A stretch of 64,000 nt of DNA from Peribolospora baueri (taxonomy: Eukaryota). The position numbers were made by a program, and so were the translations under genes. This document shows, piece by piece, positions 36,784-48,619 of this stretch; positions within the stretch are counted from its first letter, which is position 1, and each line of letters starts with the position of its first letter. The stretch lies in the NCBI GenBank assembly GCA_029717555.1, contig JAMDHS010000009.1:62001-126000 (forward strand). The letters run 5' to 3'. Below the pieces are notes generated by a model. It worked only from the letters and a program-made list of their open reading frames with translations, ran no database searches and was not told the DNA's origin.

Positions 36784-38370
36784 TCACCCCCTCACAAACT
36801 CGACCGTCGGCGGCTCCTCGTTGCGAATCCAGAACTTGGCCACGGCGCCCTCTTCGAACCATCCCTCGACGGGATCGGCGCAGTCGGTGCCCAAGCCGAC
36901 GCCCCATCCCTCGCGCTTCATCGCCTCCCTCGTGTCCTCCTCAATCCACTCCCGGATCGTCTCCGTGTCCTCCCTGCACTGCTTCTCGTCCGTGCCGAAG
37001 CGCAGATCCCAGTTCGTCCGATGGGGCGGATACGCGCCGACCATGTCGAATTCCTTGCCGACCTTCTCCTCAGCGCTCTCATCCGCGACGCTCCACGACG
37101 ATGGCAGCGAGCAATGCGCGTACCCGGCGGGAAGGAGGAGCACGTCGCCAACCTTGACGCGAATCGTCACACGCTCCGGGTTCGCTGGCCCGCCGAGGAG
37201 AAGGGTGGAGCGGCCGGAGTAGACGGCGAGGCACTCGTGCGTCGTGCTGTGGTAGTGGCTCTGCTGGTACATCCTGTACCTCCACGCTGGCGTCCACCCG
37301 TTCGACTTGAGCCGCGCCTCCACCTTGGCCGGGTCAAGAGGTGGCGGGATGGCGAGCCGTTGACCTGGGCCGCGGTGCTCGGCAGGAAAAGGCGCCAAGT
37401 CCTCCCCTCCTAAGAGTGAAGAGACTGAAGACAAGGAGGAGGTAGGTGACGAGGTCGATGAAGGAGTGCCAGGTCGACTCAGCGGCAGAGGAGTGCCAGG
37501 CGGGAGGACGAGGTCGTCGAAGGCGTGCTTCCAAACGATTAAAGGCAGGCCGTGCGGCTCTGCATTGGGGTTGAGTCCATCGGTGGGGATCTTGAACGCC
37601 GTCGCGCGCACCGGAAGACGCACCGGATTGACGGCAGGAGGCGAGGGTGAGGGAACAAAGTCGATAACTGGAGGTGAAGTCTCGGGCTCGACGAGCGGCT
37701 CCGGCTCCTTTTCATCGCTGAAGCTAGTGCCAGAAGGGGAAGAGAAAGGCGTGGGTGGCGTGGAGAGCTCAGCGCCAGGCGTTTCGTCGCCCTTGTCTTT
37801 GACGTACGCTGATCGAGGCGCCTTTTCGGGTAACACTTTGGAAAGATCGGGCGGAAGGGGGGCGAGAGTTGACACCGGCTGGTTCACCGGTACAGGTTCC
37901 TTGTCCGACGGCCGCTTGGCCGCAACCTAATAAGGTACAGGCGGAGACGCCGACGGAGCGGGAGGACAGGATCGGTGAGCCCTCGCTGATATAGAGGTGG
38001 AAACGACTCCAGTGCGGCGTCCAGCCTCATCATGCAGGCCCACCTGTTCCTTCTCATCGACTCCCTTCTGTTTGCCAGGAGGCCTGGGAGGGGTGACGCT
38101 GAGGTGGCTCGGACTGAACCTCGGTCTCCACTCTTTCCCTTCCCGCTCCTCCGTCCTGCCTCGTCTCTTCGCCTCCTCTGCTTCTTCACCACCAAGATCT
38201 CCTGTAGAGAAAATCGGGGGTGAAGAAGAAGAAGGGGAAGGTGCCGGTGAAGAAAGGGGCGACGGAGTGGCGGAGAGATGGGACGGCGTGAGCTTGCCCT
38301 TGAAACGCCTGTGCTCAGAAGCAGACGGGTCGCGGAAGGGCGACTCAGGGCGGTTGATAAAGGTGGTCAT
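36784..38370 (-). CDS. YjlB-like cupin-domain protein with a long Pro/Ser-rich N-terminus, 2 exons
   Basis: NGWTPAWRYRMYQQSHYHSTTHECLAVYSG..LGG..VGDVLLLPAGYAHCSL..MVGAYP. Intron about 37927-38043. Confidence 0.85.
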
Positions 38371-38523
38371 GTGGGACGGTTGGCGGAGGAAAGAACGGTG
38401 CCGATGGGCTCGGCGATGGGACGACGGAGGACATGTGCGAGGCCATCATCAGGTCATCGGCGCGGGGTGGTGTGGATGGTTGCTGATTAAGAGGCCAGGG
38501 GACGCTCCGATCAAGAACATACT

Positions 38524-38600
38524 CACGTGCATCCCGGCGGCAAAAAGATTCACGTGCGCTCACGTGCCGACCACGTGGTCCGGTCCTTCCTTTGACGTCA
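38524..38600. promoter_or_regulatory. Cluster of four CACGTG E-boxes plus a TGACGTCA CRE site in the cupin/lipase divergent promoter
   Basis: CACGTG at 38524, 38551, 38561 and 38572. TGACGTCA at 38593-38600. Confidence 0.55.
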
Positions 38601-39195
38601 TACTCCGCCTCGAGTGCCATTTTCACGAGCTTGGTCAAGCTTCGGAGGCCAGCCAGCCAGCCAGTCAGCCTTGCCGGCAACGAGAGTACGTCGTCGAGTC
38701 GACGGCAGAGGCAAGGCCGTCGGAAAAGCGTGAGCATCTTGGAGCACTGCAGTGTACACGTCTGCCGATCAGTCGGGGTCAGGTCAATGCGCTGGACGAG
38801 GAAGGTATTGTATGGACGTGTCGAGAACGGCGACCGCGGTCACTCCGGTCCTCTTCATCTCGTCCACGTCCACCGACCTCGTCCACACCTTTGCCTTTCC
38901 TTCTCTCTACCGTCCCTTCCCTCTGCCTACTCATCTCCTTCTCGCTTCCTTTCTATCTTTGCTTCCTACCTCCCCGTAGCCACCAACATTTATCGGAGAG
39001 GAATCCGTCCGTTGGGTGTCTAGCTAGAAGGCGCGGCCTTGGCGTCTGCTCGAGCCAACTCGCGCTCCCTTGTACGAAGCAGGCGCGCGGCCAACCCTTC
39101 CTCACCTCGCTCCCATCTCAGTCCATTCACACAGTGCACAAGTTGATTCCTAGACTCAGTCGGCTTCACGTCTCAAATTCAAGCACCCGTCTACG

Positions 39196-42100
39196 ATGAT
39201 CGACCACCTCCTAGGACGCCCGTCGACGGCGTGGAAGCGTACCCAAGTCTTCCTCGTCATCCTTTTCTGGACTGGCGTTCTCAAGGTCACTAGGAGGGAC
39301 GGACCGAGGAAAGTTCCTCTGGTGCAGAGGGCCAACGCCAAGCTTAGTGAGTCTGCCGACTCGACCGCGAGCATGGTCTGTCCGACAACGTTCTCGCCAT
39401 GAGACTGATTTGGACGTGCGCCGGTCGTCTCGCTCAGGGCGCTTCTCTCCGTACCAGATCATCCTCTCCACCCTGACCATCATGTATGCTGTGCGCCATC
39501 TCGACTCTATTCTTGGCCTTTCAGGTGCGCTTTTGGCCACTGCTCGCTCTCTTCCCCAGATGGTCAACTGGCTGACGTGACCGGCTCGCGGCTGCGATGC
39601 TTTCTTTTTTTCTCGCACAGCTCCTGAACCCCTCGCTAGGCTGGTGAGACCATTTTCGTCCGTCTATCTCCCTTTGCGCCCCACTCACGCCCTCAGATTT
39701 TGCCGCTTGCTATCGTTCGCTAGTACTCTCGCTCCTACTACCGCGCCACTTGGATAACAACTGCTCTCGATGCCGGCTTTGCTACTGCCATGCCCATTCG
39801 GCCTCTCTGGGTTCGGCACATCTTCTCCGTCCTCTTTTCCGGCTATTATCTGATTTATGCCAACGAGGCGGACGAGAAGGTGAGAGCGCATTCGTCCACG
39901 CAACGGGAGCTCTTCCTATCTGTTTTCTCAGTTCTCATCACCCAATCCCTCGTCCACGTCTGGACGCTTTCGCAGCTCCGCAAAATGAGAGCGCTCTGCA
40001 CGGTGGAAATGCTTCGTACAACTTGGGAGAAGACCTCGAACCCGATCCTTAAGCTATTCTCCTGGCCACACCGTCCCAGTCTTCCGCTAGTCCGACGCAT
40101 CCTCCTCCCGCGCCCTTCCTACAAACCCTACCACCACGCTCCTATCTCCGCTTTCCTCTTCTCGCCCCTCACTGCCGCCGAGCTTGCAGCGTGCGAAGAG
40201 ATCATCCTCGATTTCCCTGGCGGGGGGTTCATTTGTATGAGTCCAGAGCATCACGAGGAGAGGCTTCGAATGTGGGCCAGGCAGACGCACAGGCCCGTGC
40301 TCAGCATAGACTATGGCAAGGCGCCAGGTAAGGAGACTTGTGTGACGTCCTGGTCGGTTTTGTGCTCACCGCGATGCTGAGGAACCCTCTCCGACTCCGT
40401 TTCCATTCTCCCCCCCTGCCCCTTCTCCAGAGTATCCCTACCCGTGGGCCATCGAAGAAGGCTTCGACGCCTATCGCACGCTAGTGGAGACCAACGGCCG
40501 CGTCCTGGGCCTCAAGAGCCAGCAGCTTCGCATCCTGCTCAGCGGCGACTCGGCGGGCGGCAATCTGATCTGCGCGATCACCTTCAAGATTCTCGAGTTT
40601 GCCGCTCTTCACCCGGACCAACCCCCGCTGCCCCGACCAATCGGCCTCGTGCTCTCTTATCCAGCGCTCAACTTTAACTTTACATCGTGGATGAGCCCGC
40701 GGAGCCTGAGCGTTATGCAGCGCGAGCAGAGCGGCTCCAACGTCCCCGGACTCGCTAGGCTCGCTCAGCATAAGGACCACATGAGCCACCGTAGCCCGCT
40801 GAGCGTCACCGAGGACGTGAGGCGGCCCGCGAGGAAACATAGCTGGAGAGGAGGACTGCGTCTCGGTGACGACAAGACCGAAGCGTCCGCACCTCTAACG
40901 ATGAGACAAAGGAGACACACCTGGTTCCGGAGGCACGACATCTCTACAGATCCGGGCGCCGAGGCGGACGACGAGGGTCGCCGAGCGGGCGAAAGGCAAG
41001 ACGGAGAGCAGGAACGGGAGGAGGAGCCATTGCGAGATAGCGACAAGCCGCTCGGACTGCGCGTGCGCTTTCCGGAGCAGACTTCTTTGGCCCCTCCTCC
41101 CATGCTCTCTCCCGAGATCTCGCGGCGTGAGCAAGACATACTCGAGGAGGCAGACGAAGAGGAGGGTGCCGAGGCCGGGGAGGAGGGGCCTGGAGACGAA
41201 GCGGAAGCGTTAGACCACGACGCGATGCTGGAGGAGGAGCAAGCGAAGCTCAAGGAGGCCGCGGAGGAGGAAGCGAGCAGAGTCAAGGAGCGCGCGGCAT
41301 CAAGGAAGGCGCCCATCGGTACGAGACTCACGATGACCAGCCATGTCGGCTTCTTCCAAGACAGAATCATCTCGCCAAGCATGGTATGTCGCCCGTTTGC
41401 GTCGGCTAGCGTCGGTAGATTGGTAGCGCAGGGCTCGTGCCTGACCGACCGATTCAATCTCTCGCCCATTCCACAGCTCCGCGCAATGGCCATCCTCTAC
41501 ATCGGCCCCCGGCTCAAACCTGACTTCGAATCGGACTACTACCTCTCCCCCGTCCTCGCCCCCGACCGCCTCTTGGCGCACTTCCCGCCCGTGTCGCTCA
41601 TCTGCGGCGAGAAGGACCCGCTGTGCGACGACACCATCATCTTCGCAGGACGCATCCGCCAGGCGAAACTGGCGCGCAAGGTCGAAGTCCAGCGTAAGAG
41701 GAGGGCGGGCAAGGTGGTGGTGAGGGGCGAAGGTGAGGGTCGATCCGGCTCTCGACGGGATCCGATCGAGGAGGAGGACGAAAGCGATTGGATCTCTATG
41801 AAGATATACCTCGGCTGGTCTCATGGGTTCATGCAGAGTGAGCGAGCGTCTTGAGCATTCACTTGGATCGCTTTGAAGACAGCCGAGCTGATTGATGGAT
41901 CCGTTCGCCGTGGGTGTCGGCAGTGCCTGCGATCATGCCCGAGGCAAAGGGCGCCATTACCGACCTCGGTGAGTGGATGATCGACTGCTTCGACAAGCAC
42001 GCTCCGCGGCCACCCCTTGAGAGCGGAGAGGACCGATCCGTCTCCTCGCGCCGAAAAGTGCCGCCTCCTCCGACGATCGAGGGCGCACCAGTCGACCCTT

Positions 42101-42999
42101 CCGCGCACGCGCCTCGGTCGACCGCTCTCTCTGTCGCCGGGTTCACTGTTTCTCAGTCGGAGAGTTCGGAGCCGGAAGAGGTGCTCTCTTTCTCCACCAA
42201 GAAGCGCCGCCCGTCGACCATTTCGATGGGCAGCGCGGAGACCGCCAAAGCCAAGCTCCAATCAGATATGGTGGACGCCTCTCCCTTGGACGCAGCTGCT
42301 CCGTTCGTCACGGACGCCAAGAAGGTCGCTTCCATCGTCAGCGCCGCGCCCTCGCGTCATGGTCTCACTGGAGCACAGGCGCCGGCGACCATGACTTCAG
42401 ACGACACCGACGGCAGCGTGTCTCCGTCGACCACTTTGCCTACAGCTTCTTCTGTGGCCTCGGCTCTGAACGAAAGCACCGAAGGGCGCTTTGAGCTTTC
42501 TCCTCTGCCACCGTCCTCAGTGGGGAGAAGAATGGGCGAAACCGAGAGCGCGAGCACGGAGGACGCCGACGAAGAGGTGGTAGACTCGAAGGAACATGGA
42601 CGCGCGGGATCGGGCGTGCGTGCGGGGCCCCTTCCCGCTTCCTTGCTCAACCTGCCCTCGCGCCGTCCGCAGAGCCTCGAAGGGCCCGGTAGGCCGTCCA
42701 CACCGCCGCTGTGGCGCTCGAACGCGGCTGCTCGGAGTCTTTCAAGTGCCATGCGAAAGGCTCCGCGTTCCGTGGATGGTTCACCGGGAAGGCCAGGGGA
42801 GTCGGAGCACAACTGTGGCGGGAAGAGCAACGGTAACAGCGGCAAGGATAGCGTGGCATTCCTGACCGAGGCCGAACTGCTGGCGCGCAGGAGACAAGAG
42901 GCGGTGTTTGGTCTCGGGGAGACTTCGAGCGCCTTGCAGAGCGAAGAGGAGGGAGAGGGAGAGCAGAGGGCGGGAAGACGTGAACAAAGGAAGAGCTAG
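39196..42999 (+). CDS. Hormone-sensitive-lipase-like alpha/beta hydrolase, multi-exon
   Basis: MIDHLLGRPS N-terminus, DFPGGGF oxyanion loop, IDYGKAPEYPYPWA, nucleophile motif GDSAGG, CGEKDPLCDD, WSHGFMQM. Confidence 0.93.
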
Positions 43000-43277
43000 T
43001 CCTTCACTCCGATGATCCCTAGCAGATCCGTAGACAGTACACAAGCGGACTAGCGAGCAGGCACCTCTTGCGTCCACCTTTTCGTTTTCGACCCTCCTTC
43101 CTTCCATGTGACGACTTTAAGAGTCTTTGTCTTTCTTATCGCCTCACACGTTGATTTCGCATTCAGAGCCTGTCTACCTCAGCCGTCCACGTAACTCAGC
43201 CATCTCGCTGCATTGTAGCCTAACTCGCACGGCCCTAAAAACACTCGGGTGCCCACAAGGGAGAGTCTGTGTCACGG

Positions 43278-44288
43278 TCACCTTATTTGTCTGCCCAGTT
43301 GCTTCTGCTGATTTTCAAACTGTCAGTGGCAAGCAAGCCAGTAAAAGACCGAGGAGGGGTGAACGACCGCGTTCGCTCGGCTCCGAGCCATCTCTGTTTC
43401 CTAGCAAACATAGGTTCTCACCATCATCTTCTCGACCATCGCCCTGCACGGTGGATAAAAACGCATAGCGATCGTTTCAGCCAAACCAAGCCAAGTCAAG
43501 TATGAAAAGGTCAAACCGCCACAAAAGCGAAAAAAATGGCCTTGCTTACGACGGGCCGCAAAAGCAGGCGCTCACCTTGTCTCCCCGTCAAGGTCGCTGA
43601 GCTTGCTCGTCTCGGGCACGATCTTAGTGGTGTCAATCTTGGGGTGAGAGGTAATCACGTTCGGCCACCATTCGGATCGGTTGACCTTTTCCAGATGCAC
43701 AGATACTAAGCACTGGTCCTCTGTTGTGCCCGAAGAGAAGGAGCGCATGCGACGTGGCGGAAAGAGAGAAATTGGCGGCAAGGGGTGCGCGAGGCGGTCA
43801 GACTCAAGCTCCTGTGCTTTGAGCCCGGACAAGTCCACCGGAAAGCGCTCACCAATAGACCAAGTGCTTTCCTCCTCTTTTATTTCCCGAGAAAGCTCTC
43901 CCTAAAATGGCCGAGTCATTCCGATGTGAGACTCAGCGTTCTGTGCGAGGGGAGGCGACCGGCCCGGCGAATGTGGCAGCTCAAGGCCAGGCGCGATGAT
44001 CCCGCTGGCCAGTCTACTTACGTCAACAATCGGTTCCTTCCCTTTCAGCCCGACCTTCAGCCTCTTCCTCTTAATTTCGACGACTAAGTCTCTCGCTCGC
44101 GTGCCTTTGGGTACTGGAACCGTGACGTCCACCTCCTCGAGCTTCTGCTCCCATTTGTACGGCAGCGCTGCCTGCTCCTCCACCTCCTTCGCCCTAGCCT
44201 TGGAGTCATACGTCTTTTGCTCCTCGGGAGTCAGCTCGTCGTACTCCTTCGACGAGAGGGGCTTGAAGTCAGATGAAGAGGACGCCAT
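43278..44288 (-). CDS. nudC: Nuclear movement protein NudC (CS/p23 domain); extreme C-terminus atypical
   Basis: [83 protein letters not shown]. The stop position is uncertain. Confidence 0.9.
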
Positions 44289-44357
44289 GGTGGTTGCAGA
44301 AGTCAACGGAGTGAGAGGTTATGGAAGCCGGTGGAAATACTGTAATGAGAAAGTGCA

Positions 44358-44399
44358 ATCACGTGATGCACCATTTATTTTATGGAGATAATCACGTGC
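44358..44399. promoter_or_regulatory. Two ATCACGTG E-boxes in the NudC/Grx divergent promoter
   Basis: ATCACGTGAT at 44358-44367 and ATCACGTGC at 44391-44399. Confidence 0.5.
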
Positions 44400-44515
44400 T
44401 TCATTCGGCCGTAGCTTGTTTTCCGATCAGATGTCGCCATTCTTCCACTTCAAGACCACCATCCGTTTCTCACACCTCAACCCTTCGCCACATACGCCCT
44501 TTGCGTCGCTCGCTC

Positions 44516-44545
44516 GACTCGACTCGACTCGACTCGACTCGACTC
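44516..44545 (+). repeat. (GACTC)6 pentamer repeat ending 3 nt before the glutaredoxin ATG
   Basis: Direct read. Confidence 0.9.
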
Positions 44546-44548
44546 GCC

Positions 44549-45693
44549 ATGGATGCGTCCGCACCGGTAACCGTCTCCTCCCCGGAGCACTTCAAGTCTC
44601 TTCTCGAGGCCGACCTCAACCGCGTCTCGCTGCTCAACTTCTGGGCCCAGTGGGCGGAGCCGTGCGAGCAGATGAACGAGGTGGTGAGCGAGCTTGCCAA
44701 GAGGTATCAAAGTGTTTTGTTCCTAAACGTGAGTGTGCTCTTCCGTCGTTGTTCCGTTGTTGCTTGCCAGTTCCCAGATCTCTCTGACCATTACGGAGCT
44801 GTCTTCTCACACGACGGGGTATCGGATCCAGATTGAGGCCGAGTCGCTGCCAGACATCTCCGAGTCGTTCGATGTCGAAGCCGTGCCTCTTTTCATTCTT
44901 CTTCGAGTGAGTTAATGGGATGAGACAGTAGATTTTATACTATTTTGCTGCTTCGACACTGTTTCAATGGTCCAATTTGCTCACCTAGCCTTGCTTCCTC
45001 CCTTTCTATCCCAACTACACAGGGCCACACCCTCCTCTCGCGCATATCCGGCGCCAACGCCTCCGCTCTCTCCTCCGCCATCGCTCAACATGCCTCGGCC
45101 ACTCCGTCCAAGACCACTTCTCTTTCCAAGTCCACCGCTGCTCCTGCCGCTGCCCCCTCTACTTTCACTCCCGTGAACGGCAGCGCGGACGCGGCAGGCG
45201 CCATTCAGGCCGCGCCTCATCCGGCAGGTCAAGTGGGCGCGGGTGCAATGGGCCGGGAGGAGACCCCGGAAGAGCTGGAGAAGCGACTGAAAGATTTGGT
45301 ATCGAGAGAGAACGTGATGCTTTTCATGAAGGGTGAACCTGAGAAGCCAAGGTGCGGGTTCAGCGCCAAGACGGTAGCGTTGTTCAAGGAGGAGGGCGTC
45401 AGCTATGGCTACTTCGATATTTTGAGCGATGACAGCGTCCGGCAGGGTGAGTTTACGCGTCATGTCCTCGTCTTCTCCGGCGCACCTATCATTAAGAGGC
45501 CTTTCGAATCCGACGTCGGTCTCAAACCGATTTCATCTGTCTTCCGCGCCTCTCCGTCCATGCAGGCCTCAAGAAGTTCTCCGACTGGCCGACGTACCCT
45601 CAGATCTACGTAAAAGGCGAGCTCATCGGCGGGCTCGACATCCTCAAAGAGAGCATCGAGTCTGGCGAGTTCAAGGAGCTCCTCGGTCATTGA
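44549..45693 (+). CDS. GRX4: Monothiol glutaredoxin Grx3/Grx4 (thioredoxin-like + Grx domains), 4 exons
   Basis: [53 protein letters not shown]. Confidence 0.95.
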
Positions 45694-46221
45694 CGGCAAG
45701 TGCAGCGAGGAGAGAAAGAGGGCTTTTGGGACTGGCCTCCCCTTTTGTTTCTTTGGCCGACTCGTCAGCGACAGGGATGGGGGCGAGTTGATGGGTCCTT
45801 CTGTAGACTTGGGCACATTTCCGTCGGCGGCGTCGTAAAGTGTACGAGTAATCGAAGCGCTCGATATGATCCTACTCTCGACGTTTAAAGAGGAGAAAGA
45901 CTCGTCTAGGCCAGCCGTGCCGTACCAATCGGAACGGCGGATTTCTCACGGAAAGGCATGCATATGTGCGCGAAAAGACCATGCGCAAAGTAGACCACGA
46001 ACGAAAGATGGGGAGAGGAAGTGGAGAAGCATAGTTGAGAAATCTGGGAGCACGGAGAGGCTATCGTACAAGACGGAGAGAAGGAAGAGGAATTCGCATG
46101 AATACCATGGCCTACGCGAAGGTGTGGCAAAATGTGCAAAGTTGGTCACCGCCGTCAAGGGCTGATAAAGAATAAGGGTTTGTAAGAAGAGGAAATGGAC
46201 TCACGGGGAATGGCAAGGCGC

Positions 46222-48155
46222 TCACGCCTTGTTCCTCTGGTACTGAGCGACGAGCATAGCGTGGTCTAAAGATCAGGTGACCAAGCGCGAGTGTATACGT
46301 TAGCAAAAGCGGTTGGCTTGCGAGAGACGACGGATAGAGGGATAGTGTGAGGAGCAGCTCACCCCTCTCGTACGGCTCGAGCGTGAGCTGCTCTCGCGGC
46401 TTGAAGCTCTCCGTCTCTGCGAGCGACAAGCAGACGCCCCCAAAAAGTGTAAGTGAGACGCCCCAAACTCGATATGATCCGCGATGATGACCACAGTCCC
46501 GTGCTAGAGGTAGAAAATAAGACTTACGCAGCTTCTTGACCTCGGATGCGAAGACGGCTTCGGCAGGCGCGGTCGAGTCAATGCAAGAGGCCTTGATCGA
46601 AATGACTGCGTGCCCACCGTTTTTGAGGAAGTGATGGGAGTTAAGGGCGACTGTGGGGGAGAGAATAGGACAGGGGCAGGAGTAGGGAAGGTATGGTGCG
46701 GGGATCAGTTGGGTGTTCTGGCTTTCTCAGGAAATACAGAAGTGACGTTCGCTCACCAATTCGCTGTTCCGCCGCATGAGGGATTGAAAAAAAAAATTCG
46801 AACAAAAAAATCAGCGACCGCGACGATGCTCAGCTATTGAGGACCAACAACTCACGGCCTGGTCAGGCTGGGCAACGTCTGCAAAGACGCAGTCAACCAT
46901 AGGCACCAGGATGCGGTACTGCAAGTGAGATTGAAAGTGGCCGCCAAGTCAGTGATCTTCTGCGATTTAGTCCGAGTTCAGTGGCAACTTACCTTTTGCG
47001 GGTGCCGAGCGCTATGAAGCGTAGAACAATTACCGGATCCGAGGGACGAAATGATCAGCAGGCAGGGTACAAGAGGTGCCCAACCGAGTGGGGAAGATCA
47101 CTTACTCCTCGACAATAGCTGTCAATCAAATTGAACAACTACCATGAGTGTCGTCGTCCGTGTAGGAAACGATAGATAGCACTACTCACGAATCACATTC
47201 GTGCGCCTCTTGGCCATGTTGATCAGGTCACGACCGCTACGATGGGAGCTAGAACAAAGGAGAACGCAATGCAGGAGTTCAGTTCGGCGACCCATTCGAC
47301 CTCTTCAAGCACTCCTGGTCGACACTCACAACTCGACAGCGTATACAGTTCCCTCCGGACCTACGACATCGGCGACGTGAGAAACGGAGGTACCGCTGGC
47401 GGCACCGAGGTAGAGGACCTTGTATCCGGGCTTGATATGGATTGCGTCCAAACCGCCGAGGATGCCAGCAGCGAGCTTGGAGCGGAAAGGGTTCCAAACA
47501 CGGTATTCGATCTTGGTCGAATCGGGCCCCTCGACAGAGATGCGCTTCTCGCCGTACACGGACTCGCCGGGGGCAAGGTTCTTGGTGACAAGGAGGTGCT
47601 CCTTGCCCTCAGCCACGAAGACGCCAGGGTGACGGTGAGGCTTCACGACCACGTTCGAGCCGCCCCTGGCGCCACCGCGTCCACCACCCCTGGCGCCGCG
47701 ACCGCCCCTGGCGCCACGACCACCAGCTGCACCGCGACCGCCTAGAGGAGACGAGCAGAGGGAAGGTAAACGTCAGTCGAACGCTCTAGCAAAATGGCGA
47801 GAGTCTGCAGGTGAAAAGTAATGAAAAAAAGGACATATAAACCCACCTCCGCGACCTGGATATGGAGCAGAACGTATAAAGCAAGCAGGCCCATGTTAGC
47901 ATGCAAAGCCCAAGCGAATTTGTATCAGGAAAAACCGTCACTCACCACCCCTGCCGCCGCCACGATCGCCAAAGCCGCCACGACCGCCGCCACGACCGCC
48001 TCGACCGGGAGGACCACCGCGGCCGCCACCACGTCCACCACCACGCCCTCCTCTACCGCCACGATCTGCGGGAGCACAACCGCATGAACGGTGGTCAGCA
48101 TGCAGAGCTTCTTGAGCGCATCGTCGCAGACGGCAAACTCACCGCCAAAGCCCAT
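46222..48155 (-). CDS. NOP1: Fibrillarin, box C/D snoRNP rRNA 2'-O-methyltransferase, 12 exons including micro-exons
   Basis: RGG-rich N-terminus, [60 protein letters not shown]. Confidence 0.97.
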
Positions 48156-48362
48156 TGCTATGACAAGGAGAAAGAAAGAAGTGCGTAGTCAAAAAGACTC
48201 GGAAAGGCTGCTGTTTGAGCCAAGTCGAGAGCAGGTGAGAAGGAAAAAGAGAGATCGGAGGTTGGAGAAGAAGCGACTTGCCGCCGACGCTGACTGCCGT
48301 CGTCGACCTCGACAACCAGCTCCAATTTTTCGAAGCAGCCGCCGCAGCGACAAGTGCAAACG

Positions 48363-48394
48363 GTAGGGTTACATGCACGTGATGGTAACCCTAC
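48363..48394. promoter_or_regulatory. Dyad element GTAGGGTTAC-atg-CACGTG-atg-GTAACCCTAC (inverted teloboxes flanking a central E-box) in the NOP1/gamma-tubulin promoter
   Basis: Perfect 10-bp inverted arms at 48363-48372 and 48385-48394, with the symmetry axis exactly in CAC|GTG (48376-48381). Confidence 0.6.
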
Positions 48395-48619
48395 TTCTAT
48401 GGCTCGCGGTATACGCGCTCGTACGCGTTGAAGGCGGACGTAGAGGTGCGCGGCTGAGAGGAATACGATCAGAGGGACGTGGTCGACGACGAGGCCACCA
48501 GAATCTGACCATCATCACGAGTCGCAGGTTAAAGGAGAAGGAGGAAATACGGAAGAAAGGTACGAACATACGCTTCCAGTTGGCGTCCCCTCGCTTGGCT
48601 CCCAGCTCGCGCAATCATC

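Noticed and set aside
37997..39199. 400-aa plus-strand ORF
   Set aside because: Antisense to cupin exon 1 and running through the promoter, with no recognisable domain.
48386..48393. TAACCCTA as a telomerase RNA template or interstitial telomere
   Set aside because: Only 8 nt, with no tandem array, and better explained as one arm of the promoter dyad.
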